Shown here one piece after another: positions 27,906-41,148 of a DNA stretch of 64,000 nt. Positions within the stretch are counted from its first letter, which is position 1, and the number at the start of each line of letters is the position of its first letter. Source of the DNA: Penicillus capitatus (Eukaryota > Plantae > Chlorophyta). The stretch is taken from the NCBI GenBank assembly GCA_965649825.1, contig OZ287715.1, forward strand, positions 121,766 through 185,765, read 5' to 3'. Position numbers and translations under genes: made by a program. Under the pieces are notes generated by a model. That model worked only from the letters and a program-made list of their open reading frames with translations, searched no databases and was not told the origin of the DNA.

Positions 27906-30900
27906 CTAATCAAGCGTCTTGTTCATTTGGATATCCATATAGTGTACCACTTGTGTTCCGCGCCCGACGACGGCGACAACGCAGTGGTGATCAGAGAGAC
28001 ATTGCACATCGAGGCCAATGGGTTCAGGAACTTCACAGATAATGCAGCTATCCTCTTCGACTCTGCTTTCATTGATTCTCCAGCGAATGATGCGCTGATC
28101 TAATCCGATGGTGAATGCATGATTCCCATTGGACCACAATCCCCGGACAGCAGAAGAATGAGCGTGGATCTGCTGCAACCACTGCACTCGGTATGGCCGT
28201 TTCCATACATCCAATGCAGAGTTCGCTGAACAGCAGAGCAAAAGAGATGAAACAATCAAGTTCTGATCGTCGCCGCCAGTCAATAGCAATAGTGATAACC
28301 ACTCTTCACCTTCACTAACACATGCGCTACGAAGACAATGACGCATCGCACATTGAAAGCATCAGAAATACCTTTGTGGTGAACAGATCAATGATAGACT
28401 GTTGACGCCGAGCTGATGGCGTTTCTCAAGCGAAACGATTGGTGAGAGTGATCGCGTGCTGTCAGATTGCGCGTCAAAACACGAGCTATCATTTAACAGA
28501 GATGCGATATCCCACAGATGCACGTCTCCATTTGTTGAACCGCCCGCCACAATCAGAGGAAACGAATAATAACCATCTACATGCAACGATGCATGCACGA
28601 TCCTATCTGCTTTGTAGTGTCGAGCATGCACCTGTCTCTTGGGGAGTATCGATGATAACTGGCTTTGGATCCAGCATCGCATGATCCATAGAGATGATTG
28701 GACTTGTAACGTCCACCAGATTCGCTTTCTTGATCCACAATCGACGATCCCAATCAAACAAAGACAACGAAAGATTTGCAGCTGAAGATGCAACGGCAAG
28801 ATGAAGTTCTGGCACAGCCGTATCTGTCTCCCGAACAAACAGTGCCGAACAGAGATATCGCAGATCGCTTGTCGCGGACATCGTCCTATGATATGGTTTT
28901 GGACGCCAACTCTTATAATGTGGGCTTTGAACTGAAATCGCAGTTGCGGTATCGCCGCCTTGCTCGTGTTCTCTGGGGACAGACAATACAGGGTGTTTCA
29001 ATAGTCTTCTCTCATGGAAACAAATGAATACCACACCTCAGCAGCCATGTCATAATAACTTGTTTGGAGCCAACACCGACGACGATCCACCCGTTCAGGA
29101 AATTGCTCCTTGCGAAGGATAAAGACTTGATGGATGATCCGACTGCAGCAACTCCTATCTCGGTGCAACTTAAGAAACAGTCCGTATCGTTATCTGTCAC
29201 AAAGGCCAGACGTATCAATCGCCATGTGAAAGGGAAGTACCTATAGAGGTCGAGCAGTGCAACAGTTTCACTCTTCCGTCTTCTGAGGCAGTACAAAGAC
29301 GAAGTGCGTTGGAGAGTGAGTTCCCATTTGAGGAAGGGAGGAAGAAAACGTCGTTGATTTCGCGTCCATGATACCCAAAATGCAGATAGCGGTGAACAAA
29401 CTCCCTGTTCAAACAGACAGATCCAAACAAATGGCAACGAACCACAAAATCACAGCATTGATCACTTGGAACTGTGAAAAGGAAATGTCCGTTTAACGAT
29501 GTGCAGTACCGATTGTCCGAAAGCGACGTATACGCCGGCACAAAGATTGCCTGTGATGGTCGCAGAGAAATCGTGGAGCTTGTTTCTGCCACCAACGTCG
29601 ACTGCCATGAGTTGTTGGCCGTTGTCCAGATTTGATAGATAGAAGTAGTTGTGGCGGAATCCGCCGACCATCCGCACGTTATCCTTCATCTCTAAATACT
29701 ACATTGCATCATCTCACACCCATATTTTGTATGGAGAAGATGGATCTTTGCCGTGACACCTCTGCACTGCCGATGTCTTTTAAACGGATCTCTCCTGCTT
29801 CCCTGATCTCGGAGTCTTCTATGCAAAATTGCCGAATGCTGTGATTCTTCGAAGCACTGTAGACAGTGAAAGCTTCTGGATGGCAAAAAATCATTCGTAT
29901 TTTCTCCTTTCCGTGAATAGACTTGAACACTCGTGCAAGTCTGCAATCAAAGGTTCGATTCACCTGCATTCGATAAGAAAGAGCTCTAGATTTGTGGGCC
30001 AGGCTACAAACTGAAGTGTCCAATGTCCACTGTAAGATGTTGCCCTTCGTGTCACCGCAGATGAGAAGATGCATGGTCTCGGTCATGTAGTGGGCCACAC
30101 AGACAATACGCGCTGGGAATGGTGAATCGACATTGAAAAGCACCCCTGCATCTACACCAAACAATAATCCATTGCAGTTTCCGTCGTTGAAATAGAAATT
30201 TGGACAAAGACCTGAATACGGAGCCCCTTCCTCCTCGACGACAGATAGACTGTCTTCCTGCTTACTCATCGGGCTGCAATCGTGTATATGATGAATGCTA
30301 CCAGCAAGACGCCTGGTGGAATCGGCAACAGACATCCAGAAGGACAAACCACTCGGACACAGTGTCAATGAAACCATGAGAAGTGGTTGTCCTTCAAACA
30401 CCTCAAAGGACTGATCATTCAATAACATTCCTAGAACACGCCGTTTTTAGTGTGTATTGATGAATCGCCAGAATCTCTTGCCTTCTTCGATCGTCAGCAG
30501 TGTGACAAAACCTCTGCTGTGTGCAATAGCAAGAAGATCTGCAGATTCGTGATGGGGAATGTCCAGACGCATAACATCACATGAAAGGCATGCCCCAAGT
30601 GAGTTAGGACAAGCATAAATCTCGACAAGAGTTTCATTGTTTTGCCTTGCTTCTGCAGAGGCGTATTGCGAAGAAGTGTCTATGACATCTAAATCGCACA
30701 ACAGCACTCTACCTCTGTCTGTGAAGAGGTAAAGAGAATTGGGCCGGCATGCACTGATGTGCAGACATCGGACGAAATCATTCGGCACTGTCAACTGGGT
30801 TAACTGTTGTCTCGATTCCGATAATGCAGTTGAAACAAGCATCCTCTCCATCTCAGATGGTGCGATTTCAGAACGGGATGTATTGTGCTCCCTTTTCATC

Positions 30901-32277
30901 GACAGAGCATCTGGCCACACCTGAATAGAAGCATCAGCGCCTCCAGTAATGAGCATCTGATCAGGCGTCACAGTACAACACCAAATTCCTCGTCCACAAT
31001 GGCCCTGTAAAGTTGAAGAGATTTAGTGGGCGCCTTCTAAAAAGACTCACGTTACTTTCGCAGATGTGATGCAGTCCCCAGTTTCGACTTGCCAAATGCG
31101 GAATGAACAGTCTTCACTGCACGTGATAAGCAACGATTCGCTGTACTGAATATCCCATATTCTAGCCTTGTGTCCAAATCTGCGAAAACGTGGCTCGTTC
31201 ATTGCGATTTCATCTGTTCATGAAAAATAAGAGAAGGATATGAATGCACCCAGATGCTTGACTTCTGCTTGCAGGTATATACCTGTCAAGATGTCAGGGA
31301 AAACATCCCACAGAGCAACAGTCCGATCTTCTGACACTGACGCCAGAGATCTTCCATTTCTTGACCAACGCAATCTATAGGAAGCGCGAAAGCACTCGCT
31401 CGACAAGAAGCAGATGCATCCTACATACCTCAGAATCGCACCAGAATGTCCTGATTTGGTGTACGTCGCCGGAATGATGCACCCGGTTCGATGCATTGGA
31501 TTCACATCAAAGGACCAGATGAGGATCTCGCCGAAGGCTGTCCCACTGGCAACGATAAATCTGTACTCGGTATCAGAGGCCACGTTCTGATGGCTGGGCA
31601 TGTGATTAGTTCCTTCATCAAGCTGAAGTTCTTTCTGTGTATCATCTCTTTCATTCGAGAGACGTATACAATGCATGTCCATTGAGAACAGAAGTGTCTG
31701 TGTCTCGCATTGCATGACACAGGTACTTTGCCACAATTTCCATTCAGACTCATCTGATCTACCAGACATGCCTTCTATTCTCTCGCCGGATCGCTCCCGG
31801 CCTCTTGTCAAGGTTGACACAATGTGTATGGAATTGTCGCTGAAACCAACAAGAGCCATTTCACTTCTTGGAAGCAACACTGCGTCGAGGATCCAATGCG
31901 GAAAAGAGGTGACGGCCGTCAGGCGATCCACGTGAAGCTCTTTCCTTCGGATGTCTGAGAGCTCCAGTTGGATCGACTGCAAAATGCATCTGTTCCTCCG
32001 AGACGTTTGAAAGGGTGCTCACGGTCAAGAATCGGTCTCCGAACACAAGGATCTCTTTACTCTGATCATTGACGTCGTCGCTGAAGGCAAAACCGTGAAT
32101 CCTGGCGCCATCGAAGACATGGTGTGTCAGCAGACAGGTGTCGCACGAAGACAAGAGGTCGTAAACATGAAGTGCCGGACCCATTCCAGCAAGACACAAT
32201 GAGATGGACTCCTCTGTTCCTCCGAGCAGGGAGCATGTGGACAAGGCGGTGACATCGCCGATGTATTGTCGCCGCAT
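27906..32277 (-). CDS. WDR6: WD repeat protein 6 (Trm734/Rtt10 homologue)
   Basis: N-terminal YIGDVTAL...LAGMGPALHVYDL...VFDGARIHGF; ASGTAFGEILIW; GHSGAI.R.RWS.NGRSLASVSEDRTVALW; FHYGYHGRE-type motif (HFGYHGRE); C-terminal HAHSSAVRGLW...FTIGLDQR...VPEP...VAVVGRGTQ. Many short introns. Confidence 0.9.
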
Positions 32278-33062
32278 GACGATAGACGCGCGCGTCGTCG
32301 TACAAGAACAGCGGTTAACATGAGTGTGAGTACATCTACCCAACTCAATCATCCCTCGAAACCAATGTCAATCACAGCTTTGAGGTTTCGTCGATGAGAT
32401 GGAATCGAAAAACGATTCTAGGAAATCGAATCGAGATTTCTCACTTGAACAGCAGTTGCTGCTGAGCTAATTAATCGAACAATAAATGTAAGCTATAGTA
32501 GATTTACCGGCTAGGGGATTAGGCAAAGGAACCTACTCTTGGGTTTTTGTAATCAGATAAAACGAGGGCATGCATATATACATGCCGCCCTTCACATTCC
32601 TCAGTACACCTTTTATGGAAAGGGAAAGTGGCGACAGTGTTCTTATCGTTTAGCAGTCGACAGCCACTTCTATCAATGATTCTATTGAGAGCCATTGTCA
32701 AGAAGTGGATGACACGTGAAAGTCAGGCGAATGAATGGAACCCACCCATCAACGTATAAACGAATCTCATCGACTATTAGTCGATAAACGCATTCATCAC
32801 AACATCATTTCTCCAACTGATTAAACACAGAAAACAAACAAAACGATCATACAAAACGCGCATCGACGAATGCGCACACACACACTCACTGTCGTCGTCC
32901 AGATTTGCTAAGATATAACTGCTGCAAAGAGACCAACTTTCACCCCAGATGCAAGCCATCTGGGTGCTCACAGCGAAAAATCCGTCTAAGAGATGATTTA
33001 ACAAAATAGGCGAATATGAATGACATGGGCATACTGGTGTTCTGCCGCGTTATCCAATGTTG

Positions 33063-34052
33063 TCAGTACCTCACTGCATTTGACAGACTTCTGTCGGTCA
33101 CGATCGGACTGAAACATCGGTAGCCGACGGGTAACATGACACTTGTGTGTCCAACGTATGGCCATTCAATGTCATCTTGGATTCCTAATCCAGCAATCCA
33201 TTGCTCTGTGTAATCTCTCTGAAAATCGTTTGGACCAGCAGAATGGTATCCAGGGATGTTCTCGGGCCTCACGGGATAAGGAGCGGGCGTCAAGATACAT
33301 GGAACATTCACCAGACCATAACAACCGTAAGGGCGCAGGCATCTGCCGAACTCTCCACAGCTCTGAGCTCTGGAGTGCATTCGAGCTGAGCGGGGCGGGT
33401 GAGAGGAGATGCTGGGCTCATGGGACACCGGCAATGGGATATGTGATGCTGTATGTCTATGATGGGTAGGTGACTCGGCGACAGCATCATCTTCTTGTTT
33501 CGTCATGAACAGCGGGGGTGGCAATGGCTTTCTGCATTCCGCATCACAGGCATCTCTTAGCTGTCTCTGAAATACCACGTAGATTTTCCAGAGTTGTGGC
33601 TGTGCTGCTCCAGATGAGACATGGGATTCCAGCCAAGCACTACGGGTATTGGAAGTTTTCTCCATACTAGTCTCAACGAATCTGTCAAAACCCTTTTCGA
33701 ACATTTCTCTATTTTGGGGAACGAGGCAACGGAATTCTTCGCTAGCTGTCATCTTGAGTTTTTCGACGCGGCGCCTAAGGTATCCTTTCACTTTCTTCGT
33801 CGCACTGTCATCCAATGGCGTCATAACAGAAATTGGCGATGTTCTCTCAACGAGAGCGCTCATTTTTCCGGAAACGATGTCGGCGGAACTTACTTGACGT
33901 AAGTACTCTAACGTGACTCGACTGGCGCGGAGTCGACTCAAAAGCTCCAAAGCACGCAAACGTGTATTCAATAGTGCTTCGTGACAAAAGTCTCGCAAAG
34001 CTTCATTGATTTGCTGAGAGCCAAATTGCACTGCGGGGTCAGACCAATCCAT
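33063..34052 (-). CDS. Hypothetical protein (helical N-half, Pro/His-rich C-half)
   Basis: 329-aa ATG-started ORF with protein-like composition; no family recognised. Confidence 0.5.
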   Translation of the reverse strand: MDWSDPAVQFGSQQINEALRDFCHEALLNTRLRALELLSRLRASRVTLEYLRQVSSADIVSGKMSALVERTSPISVMTPLDDSATKKVKGYLRRRVEKLKMTASEEFRCLVPQNREMFEKGFDRFVETSMEKTSNTRSAWLESHVSSGAAQPQLWKIYVVFQRQLRDACDAECRKPLPPPLFMTKQEDDAVAESPTHHRHTASHIPLPVSHEPSISSHPPRSARMHSRAQSCGEFGRCLRPYGCYGLVNVPCILTPAPYPVRPENIPGYHSAGPNDFQRDYTEQWIAGLGIQDDIEWPYVGHTSVMLPVGYRCFSPIVTDRSLSNAVRY

Positions 34053-34248
34053 TTCTCAGTTCAACAAATGCTGTTTCGTTTTATACGAGATGGACAGCTG
34101 GACGACGTGTCTTTCATAAGCGAGTGCCAAAAAACGTAAGTGTTGGTTAACAACCTTCAATAAAAGACATCTGCTTGGAGAATGATATGTTTGTTTGTTG
34201 AGCAACGAACAATCAGTGAAGACCGCGGAGAACAACGGCCGCGTAGAA

Positions 34249-35641
34249 TTAATCGTTTTGGCCGAAAACCGTCAGCAGGTCCTTGGCTGTTTGTAACAGA
34301 TTTCTGGGACCTTCGAATCGAACGCCGTCTTCGACCTCTTCTTCGGGCGCCGGTACGGTGTTGGTCAGTACGGCGTCCATCATTTTGTCACCCATCATCT
34401 GCGAAAGTGTATCCATCGGGATGATCTCACAGTCCTGTGGGAAATCGATTTCTGAAGGATGGCGGTGATGAGGAACGCACTCGCCTGGGGCGTCTCCCTG
34501 ATGTCATCGACAGGATAGCCATACTGTCGCAGAAATTCTTTCTGCTTTTCAACGAATGCCTTTCCTGGATTGGGAGTTCGAGAATAAATTTGAACGAAGC
34601 TGGTGTCGTTAGCTCCTTGAACGATGGCATAGGTCTCGTAGTCTGTTCGAATGACATCATAGGGCTCCGCAGGAATGAAGGGAATTTGCGGAAATCTAAA
34701 CAGCAGACATAAAGAAGGAGAGACGCGCGGAAACCTTTCGAATATTCACCTCAAAATGCACTTCTCTCGGATCTGCTCTTTTCTTTCAAAGGCCGTCTCA
34801 AATTCGGGAAGCATGTAGAGGTCTCTCGGATTTGCGCATGTCACATCACTTTGACATGGAACACACACGACTTCGGAACAAACAGGGATGGCCTAGAAAC
34901 TCGATACCCTCGAATACCGCTCAATCTGCCTTTGGGACCGCCATGGAAACAGAATGTGTTGACTTCAAGCCGTATTTCATCCTTAGCGTTCTTGATTGGA
35001 ACATAGATGCCTAAGAGGATCCTTGGGCAAAAAGCGAAGCAGACGGGGTGGCTGATGCCTTGCGTGCAGTGACAGTCCTGCTGTCCTTCCCCGGCGAAAC
35101 CTTTCTTCAAAGAAGCGACTTCGTACCAACGCCCAACGTAGCGCATGGGCTCAAACAACTCGATCTTCGGGAGGTTTGCAGAAGCTGCCTGGGTAGCAGT
35201 ATCGCGTATAGCCATTTTCATGCTTGATGAATGCTGTGCCCTATTACCACAGGTGCCAATAGCAGAGCAACAGAAACTGCAAACAGTGCGACTGCGGAGA
35301 CAAAAGGCGCTGTCGTTGCGACATCATAATTTGTCTCTTCGGATACTTGATCCCTCCTAAAACACTCGCGATAATGAGAAAGCTATGGATCGTCTGCAGG
35401 CGCCCAGCAGATTTGTGAAGTCGTCAGTAACGCCAACAGAGCCTATTTTTCCTTGACTGCGTTGCTTGCTCGCATTCACCTACCCTTTATAATTCTGGAA
35501 AAAGCGGTTCGATGCCAACAGTTGCGATGGTCGGCGAGCGGACGAACATGGTGCTGATATTCGTCGAAACGTCGAAAGATGTTGTCTGGGATTGCTTGGC
35601 AAACTGCTGGTGCAGTGGAGGGAGATAGAGGAAACCCTCAT
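34249..35641 (-). CDS. CHL: Chloroplastic lipocalin (CHL/LCNP)
   Basis: RYVGRWYEVASLKKGFAGEGQQDCHCTQG|IY...VNTFCFHGGPKGRLSGIRG...EKCIL|RFPQIPFIP.EPYDVI.TDY..YA.V.G....SFVQIYSRTPNPG...ETPQ|DCE; transit peptide MRVSSISLHCTSS. Confidence 0.93.
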
Positions 35642-35692
35642 TGCGCACTTAGTGACGCATTTGAAACAGTTTGTCGATTGCTTGTCATCATT

Positions 35693-36056
35693 ATGACCTC
35701 CACGGCTGAAAAAACGGAAAACCGACGTGAAGATGAAAAGGAAGTGAAAGGCGAATTTACGCTGGAAGAAGACGACGGATTCGAAGAGTTCGAGGCCGAA
35801 GGTCTTCCACAAAAAGAAACAATCGAGGTAAGACTTCCTTGCTCAAAGACGCAGAAGGGTCCGTCCGTCCCAGAACGTTGAAACGCTGTTTCGATGGAAT
35901 GCTGCGTGTTTGAGTAGTCCACAATTCCGACGTCTTTGTTTGTCGCAGAATGAGGCTGCGTCGCTGTGGGAGACCGATTGGGATGATGAAGATGTCGATG
36001 TAGACTTCTCAGAGAAGCTCAAGATTGAACTCGAGCGTCATCGGAGATCCACGTGA
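35693..36056 (+). CDS. SEM1: 26S proteasome/TREX-2 subunit DSS1/SEM1
   Basis: LEEDDGFEEFEAE...|...LWETDWDDEDVDVDFSEKLKIEL; one intron ~35827-35950. Confidence 0.9.
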
Positions 36057-36152
36057 TCTGTTAAGGATGATGCAAAGAAGAATAGCGCATGCAACAATGT
36101 GGCGACGCTCGTCTCTCTTACTTTGAAAGATGTTCCTCACAAAAGAGATGAC

Positions 36153-36640
36153 CTACCACGTTTGACTCGTGTGCACAGCCTCTTCATCAAATGGTCGTTC
36201 CATTTCATCCAAAGAAGGACCTCTCCACATCAAAAAACTAAAAGCGATGGAAGACGATCGTGATGGTAAACCCAACAAGGCACACATGCCTTGATACAGA
36301 TCCGAGCTTTTGGGACGTTTAAGTTTATCGCGAAGCGTGCACAAATGTCTCCTGAAATCTAAAAAAGATGATCGTCATCGCAACATTCACAAAGATACTA
36401 CACCCATGAACCTGCTTGTTTCTTTCGGCATTCAACCCTGCGATGGCAATCAATTTAGCAAAGGCGCAAGGAGCCTCGGTTAAGCCAAAGCATATAGAAA
36501 CATCTGCCTTCAACGAAACAAGTACACACTGACCAGACAGATACACGAGCGCAGTACGAAGTCGACAACACTTACAGACTCAGATTTGCCGATTCCGTTG
36601 GCCACGAGACCAGATAAGGTCTTGATGATCTCCGATGCGT
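36153..36640 (-). CDS. Hypothetical multi-exon protein
   Basis: Successive protein-like readings MDASEIIKTLSGLVANG..., FAKLIAIAGLNAERNK, DFRRHLCTLRDKLKRP...; model not resolved. Confidence 0.25.
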
Positions 36641-37166
36641 CCATTTTGCCCACAGGAACTGAAGAGCACAGGGATCCGTCATAAACGAAGGAGGACAGGT
36701 TTCCGAATAGAGACGTCTTCTCCGCAATTCCAGGATGTATTCTTCGAAAGGCGATAAGATCATGAACGCGCGCACTGCCGCTAAACGAGTGACCGATCCC
36801 AGCCCTATCGCTTACCGTTTGCGGTAACATTCAATGTCGGCATGCTCAGAACAACCCGATGGTGTGCAATGGTGTCAGTGATGAACATCCACCCACCCAT
36901 TGCTAAGAAAGAATGATTGAAACGTAGAGACACGAGTAACACGAGAATTTAAACGGAAAAGAATGATACGATGCAGACAACAGAATGCATTGTCAGAAAG
37001 ATATGTACTCCTGAACTTAATCATGAAACTTGACAGCATGGGGTGTATGTATTCAATGAACTAAGAAGACTTGTGTTTTCCAGAGTCACAGCAAACTGCT
37101 TTCGAAAAGCCATACTGTATATACACCGCTATCAATCACGTTTTCCACTTTGTACTGTGTCCATCA

Positions 37167-39371
37167 TTAAACGTTACGGACGAGTGCACGTAGTTGTTCC
37201 ATCTGAAGAAAATCTGGACGAAGATCTGCCAACTTTTGTACAGTATCCTTCAGCAACTCGATCCTCTGCAGTTTAGCAACCAGCAGTCGCAGTTCCAACT
37301 GGCTCTCCGAACCAGAGAACGTTCGATCGAGCGCTTCTCTGCGAACGAAGATAGCTTCGACGGGTTCCACTACTTTGACCGTCTGTCTTGAGATGGTGCC
37401 ATGCTCTATGGCTATATCCAATCCGATAATCGATCCCGGTCCTCTTCGAGATTTTCCAGTTGCCTTCGGGGTGGAGGATTGAACAGACTCGTCTGCTGCT
37501 GCAGTTTCCACAAGTTCCTTCAGCTTTGTATGTTGATACGTTGTTCGCCGACCCATTCCTTTCACAACATCAGCCCTAGGGAGGCTTTGAAATCTTGAGA
37601 GCTCTTTGGTGGCAAGTTCTGTGAGTTCTCCCGACGGTTGACTCAACGCATGCATCAACGCTGTACCGGCATCCGATCGAGCCATGCCAGAAGGAAGCTG
37701 GTAATTCGCAGTGTCTGCATCTTGAAAATCAGCATCCCCTTCTGCATCAGAGCTCTCGTGGCCTTGATAACTGCTTGTCGTCACAACACACAGTCCTTTC
37801 TGCAAAGTACCCTGATCATCAACGCCGACACATGACAGGTCTCACTTTGATCAAATAAAAACCAGGTAGTGGATCGCCTTCCTTCACGATGTAGGAGCCT
37901 TCGGCGAAGTGTTCTACCTTCTTGTCGGGTATTTGCTGGAAAACAGTGTGTATACTAGGTGTCAATGCTGCTTCGGATCTGTTGGTCGATGCATCTATTG
38001 TCGGAACAGATAGCATCCTGCACTCGATGCCAGACAGACTCACGGGAACATCCAGATCTCGATGCCTACCGTGAAGAGTGAATGGCAAGAAGACTGGACC
38101 GATCCGTGAACCATTCGTGTTGCATAACCTCTTCCAAAGTAAGTCGCTTTTCTGGGTCCTTCTCAAGAAGACGCTTAATCAAATCCTGAACAGCGACAAT
38201 GGTTGTTGTCGTGGCAACACAGAAGAGAAAGGATACAATGGCACTCGGTGAAACATCTTTCCTTCCATCGTAATCTGGCTCTTCCCTTCGGATCTTCTCA
38301 AAGAGTTCGGATGGAGTGTCGGCGACAAAGGGAAGTTTCAGAAATAGCAAGACATAGAGAACAACTCCAGCGGCATAAACATCCGCCTTCTTTCCATGAT
38401 AGGCCAATCCATCTCCGCTGCACATTTCAGGTGCAAAAAACGTCCGAGTGCCACATGTGTCGAACATTGTGTCGTTTCCATCTGGAATGCGACAGGCAGA
38501 ACCAAAGTCCGTGATCTTGACTTTGCCATTTTCTGTGAGAAGCAGATTGTCAGGTTTAATGTCTCTGTGAACAACTCCTTGATAGTGAAGATAATCCAAT
38601 CCCTTTATTAGATCTCTGAAATGCATTCTCGCGATGTCTTCCGAGAAAACTCTCGGACTTGAGGCAAGGAGTCGCTCTTCCGACAACACTGCCCCACCTT
38701 CGACGTATTCCATGACCATGATCAATTTGTCTTCTGTCGGATCATCGATGACCTGCCCAGACAATGTCGGCATGAAGATTATAATGACACTGCGGGAGAT
38801 GAGACTTCAAAAAGATGGACAATGTTGGGATGTTCGAGGCGCTGCATGACATTTATCTCTCGCAGCAAGTCTTCCTCGGCAACAACGGCACGATTTCGCT
38901 TTCCGGCAAGAAGACGTCTCCGCAACTGTTTCTTGCTGACCACTTTTAAAGCGTAGAGGCAATTGTCGTCGACATTTAGACAAAGCTTGACTCTCCCAAA
39001 CGAACCAGTTCCCAAATCTTTTATTATCAAGTACTGGTTGACGAATGTGTTACCCTGAATGAAGAATACACAATCAGCAAGGACTTCACACGCTGCAGCA
39101 AGTCATCGAACAGTGTCGTCATATCCTACCTTTAGCGAATCCACCTCTATCTTGCTGGTCTGTTTGATATACTGCTCCGAGTCATTCGTGCTGGAAAGAG
39201 GTTCGCCCTCCCCCAGTCTAGGAGGCTCGGTTATTCGTTTCAAGGTTACCATTCCTGCGAACGAACAAAGCACGAGCGCTTCGAGGCGGCGTCTCTCGTC
39301 GTTTAGGTCCGGGCTGTACCTATTTTAGGCTCTTGTCCATTATCAGCCGTCGAAGAGAAGCAACAGCCCAT
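37167..39371 (-). CDS. CaMKK/GRIK (SnRK1-activating)-type Ser/Thr kinase with C-terminal cyclic-nucleotide-binding-like domain
   Basis: MGCCFSS N-terminus; VNQYLIIKDLGTGSFGRVKLC, YALKVVSK, EINVMQRLEHPNIV, IDDPTEDKLIMVMEYVEGG, HRDIKPDNLL, DFGS, GTRTFFAPE; then FAEGSYIVKEGD...FYLIK|KGLCVV ... GPGSIIG...RQTV. Confidence 0.9.
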
Positions 39372-40146
39372 TGAGATACAGGAACCAAGAAGTCGCAATC
39401 GATAACGACGCAATCAAATCAACGCACAACGGACGAAGATGAGGCGAGGCCATGGAGGCACCGAACACCACTGTACGACATCAAGGCACAGAGACTTCAT
39501 CACAGCTGCTCTGTCTGTTTCCACATCATATTAGAAAAGACTTTGAAGTTTGGCTCCACTCCTCTTGTATCACTCGCTGTGACTTTCCTTCCATCGGCGC
39601 TCTCGTTCGAAGTCGTCGACGTCCTCGAGATCGATCTTGTCGCACATGGGGCATCCACCGACTCCGTCTTGCTGTGCCTTGATGCATGCGCCTGTTTTGT
39701 CGAGGATCGCCCAGATGCATTTAGCTCGTCGTCATGAATCCCGAATCGGTCTTTGAACACGCGAAAAGCACAGAGCAACAGCTGTGGGTCGATCAGATCG
39801 TTATCTATCGGATATCGCCTGCAACCGCACATGCACGACCAGTATACCATCTGTTATCATCCTCATGTTGACGGACCTCCTTCTGAGTGTCCGAGAAAGG
39901 CACCAAGCACAGTAGCATATGAGCAAGGTGAGCACTGTGCATCCTCCAAAAGCGACAGCAATGTAGAGATTCGTGCGTTGACTGCGAGGTGGCTGAAGCG
40001 AATGGAAATCAAACGTCGTGTCGGCAGACACGTCATCGGAAGACAGAGAACTGTTCATTGAAAAATTCACTGTGTACTCTGCTGCAGGATTAAGAAAGCA
40101 CGGACGCGTTTCATGCACGTGACGTAGCAGCTAACGAACGGAACAC

Positions 40147-40790
40147 ATGGCACGTTTCTCTTTGGTGCGTAAAGGAGCAATAGATCTCTGGAAGGGATTT
40201 GCAGCTGATCTCCGACTAACGAGACTTCTCGAAACCAAGGCGCCGGAGTCGGTAGAGATTAAGGGAATATCTCGCGAGAAATACAATCAGCGATATGAAG
40301 CGTACCAACAGGAGCTGCGCGAGTTCAGATGGGGAGCAAGGGAACAGATTGATAGAAAGAAGATAGAGGCCGAACGACCAAAAACTGCAGATAACACAAC
40401 CGATGTTTCTCAACGCGGAATGTCAGAAAACGAGAAAAACAGTGAGTCAGTAAAGCTAAAGGCGGAAAGAAGGCAGAAGGAGATGGAGAGAAAGAAGTTA
40501 GCGGTGTTCTCCCCTTCTTCATCGAGTTACTATCTGCAAACCGTGATTGTCTTTGCAGCAAGAGCGAAGGGACGCGTCTTTTAAAAGGGAATCCATCAGA
40601 AGAAAAATACTGGAGGAAGAGGAAGATAAAAGGTAGAACCGTCTGTCTGTCTAATCTCTCAATGTGTGCAGATGTATCTATCTATCTCAGGTATGCCGAA
40701 CTGCTTCAGCAAAGCAGAACGTGGATCACAGAAGATACGTTGGATGATAGAATCAAGAGAGCTTTGGATCAGACTGTCCCCCTTCACTGA
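40147..40790 (+). CDS. Mitochondrial ribosomal protein mS26-like
   Basis: Presequence-like N-terminus, charged coiled coil, C-terminal ELLQQSRTWITEDTLDDRIKRALD resembling the mS26 SK.FIT.E.L..R...ALD motif. Confidence 0.6.
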
Positions 40791-41148
40791 TTACACATAC
40801 GGATTTATGCACGCCTTGCTCAGGAAGAAATGAAAATACTAGAGGTCATTCTGGATACTGTCCTGTCCATTGGACAAGTTTTATGAAAATTGTACACGAC
40901 TTGGTTGACAAATACTGTCTCATGTGTTATCGACGAAGGGAAACAGGTGGAGGGCACAAAACGCAGGTTAATCTGTGAATTCCTTTGAAAGGCAGCAGCA
41001 GGAGGAGGTTCAAGAAAAGTGGGCACGACATTTTTCCAATAACCGTAAGATCGCATTCCCTTTCTGACACAATCACGAAAAAAAACTCAACCCAATCCGG
41101 CAATACTCAATCTCTTATAATGAACGGGATCTTGCCAACCAGTGTCGA

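Noticed and set aside
39500-40118. Small single-pass membrane protein gene on the minus strand
   Set aside because: A hydrophobic stretch is present but the splice phases do not join the candidate exons, so it was not listed as a feature.
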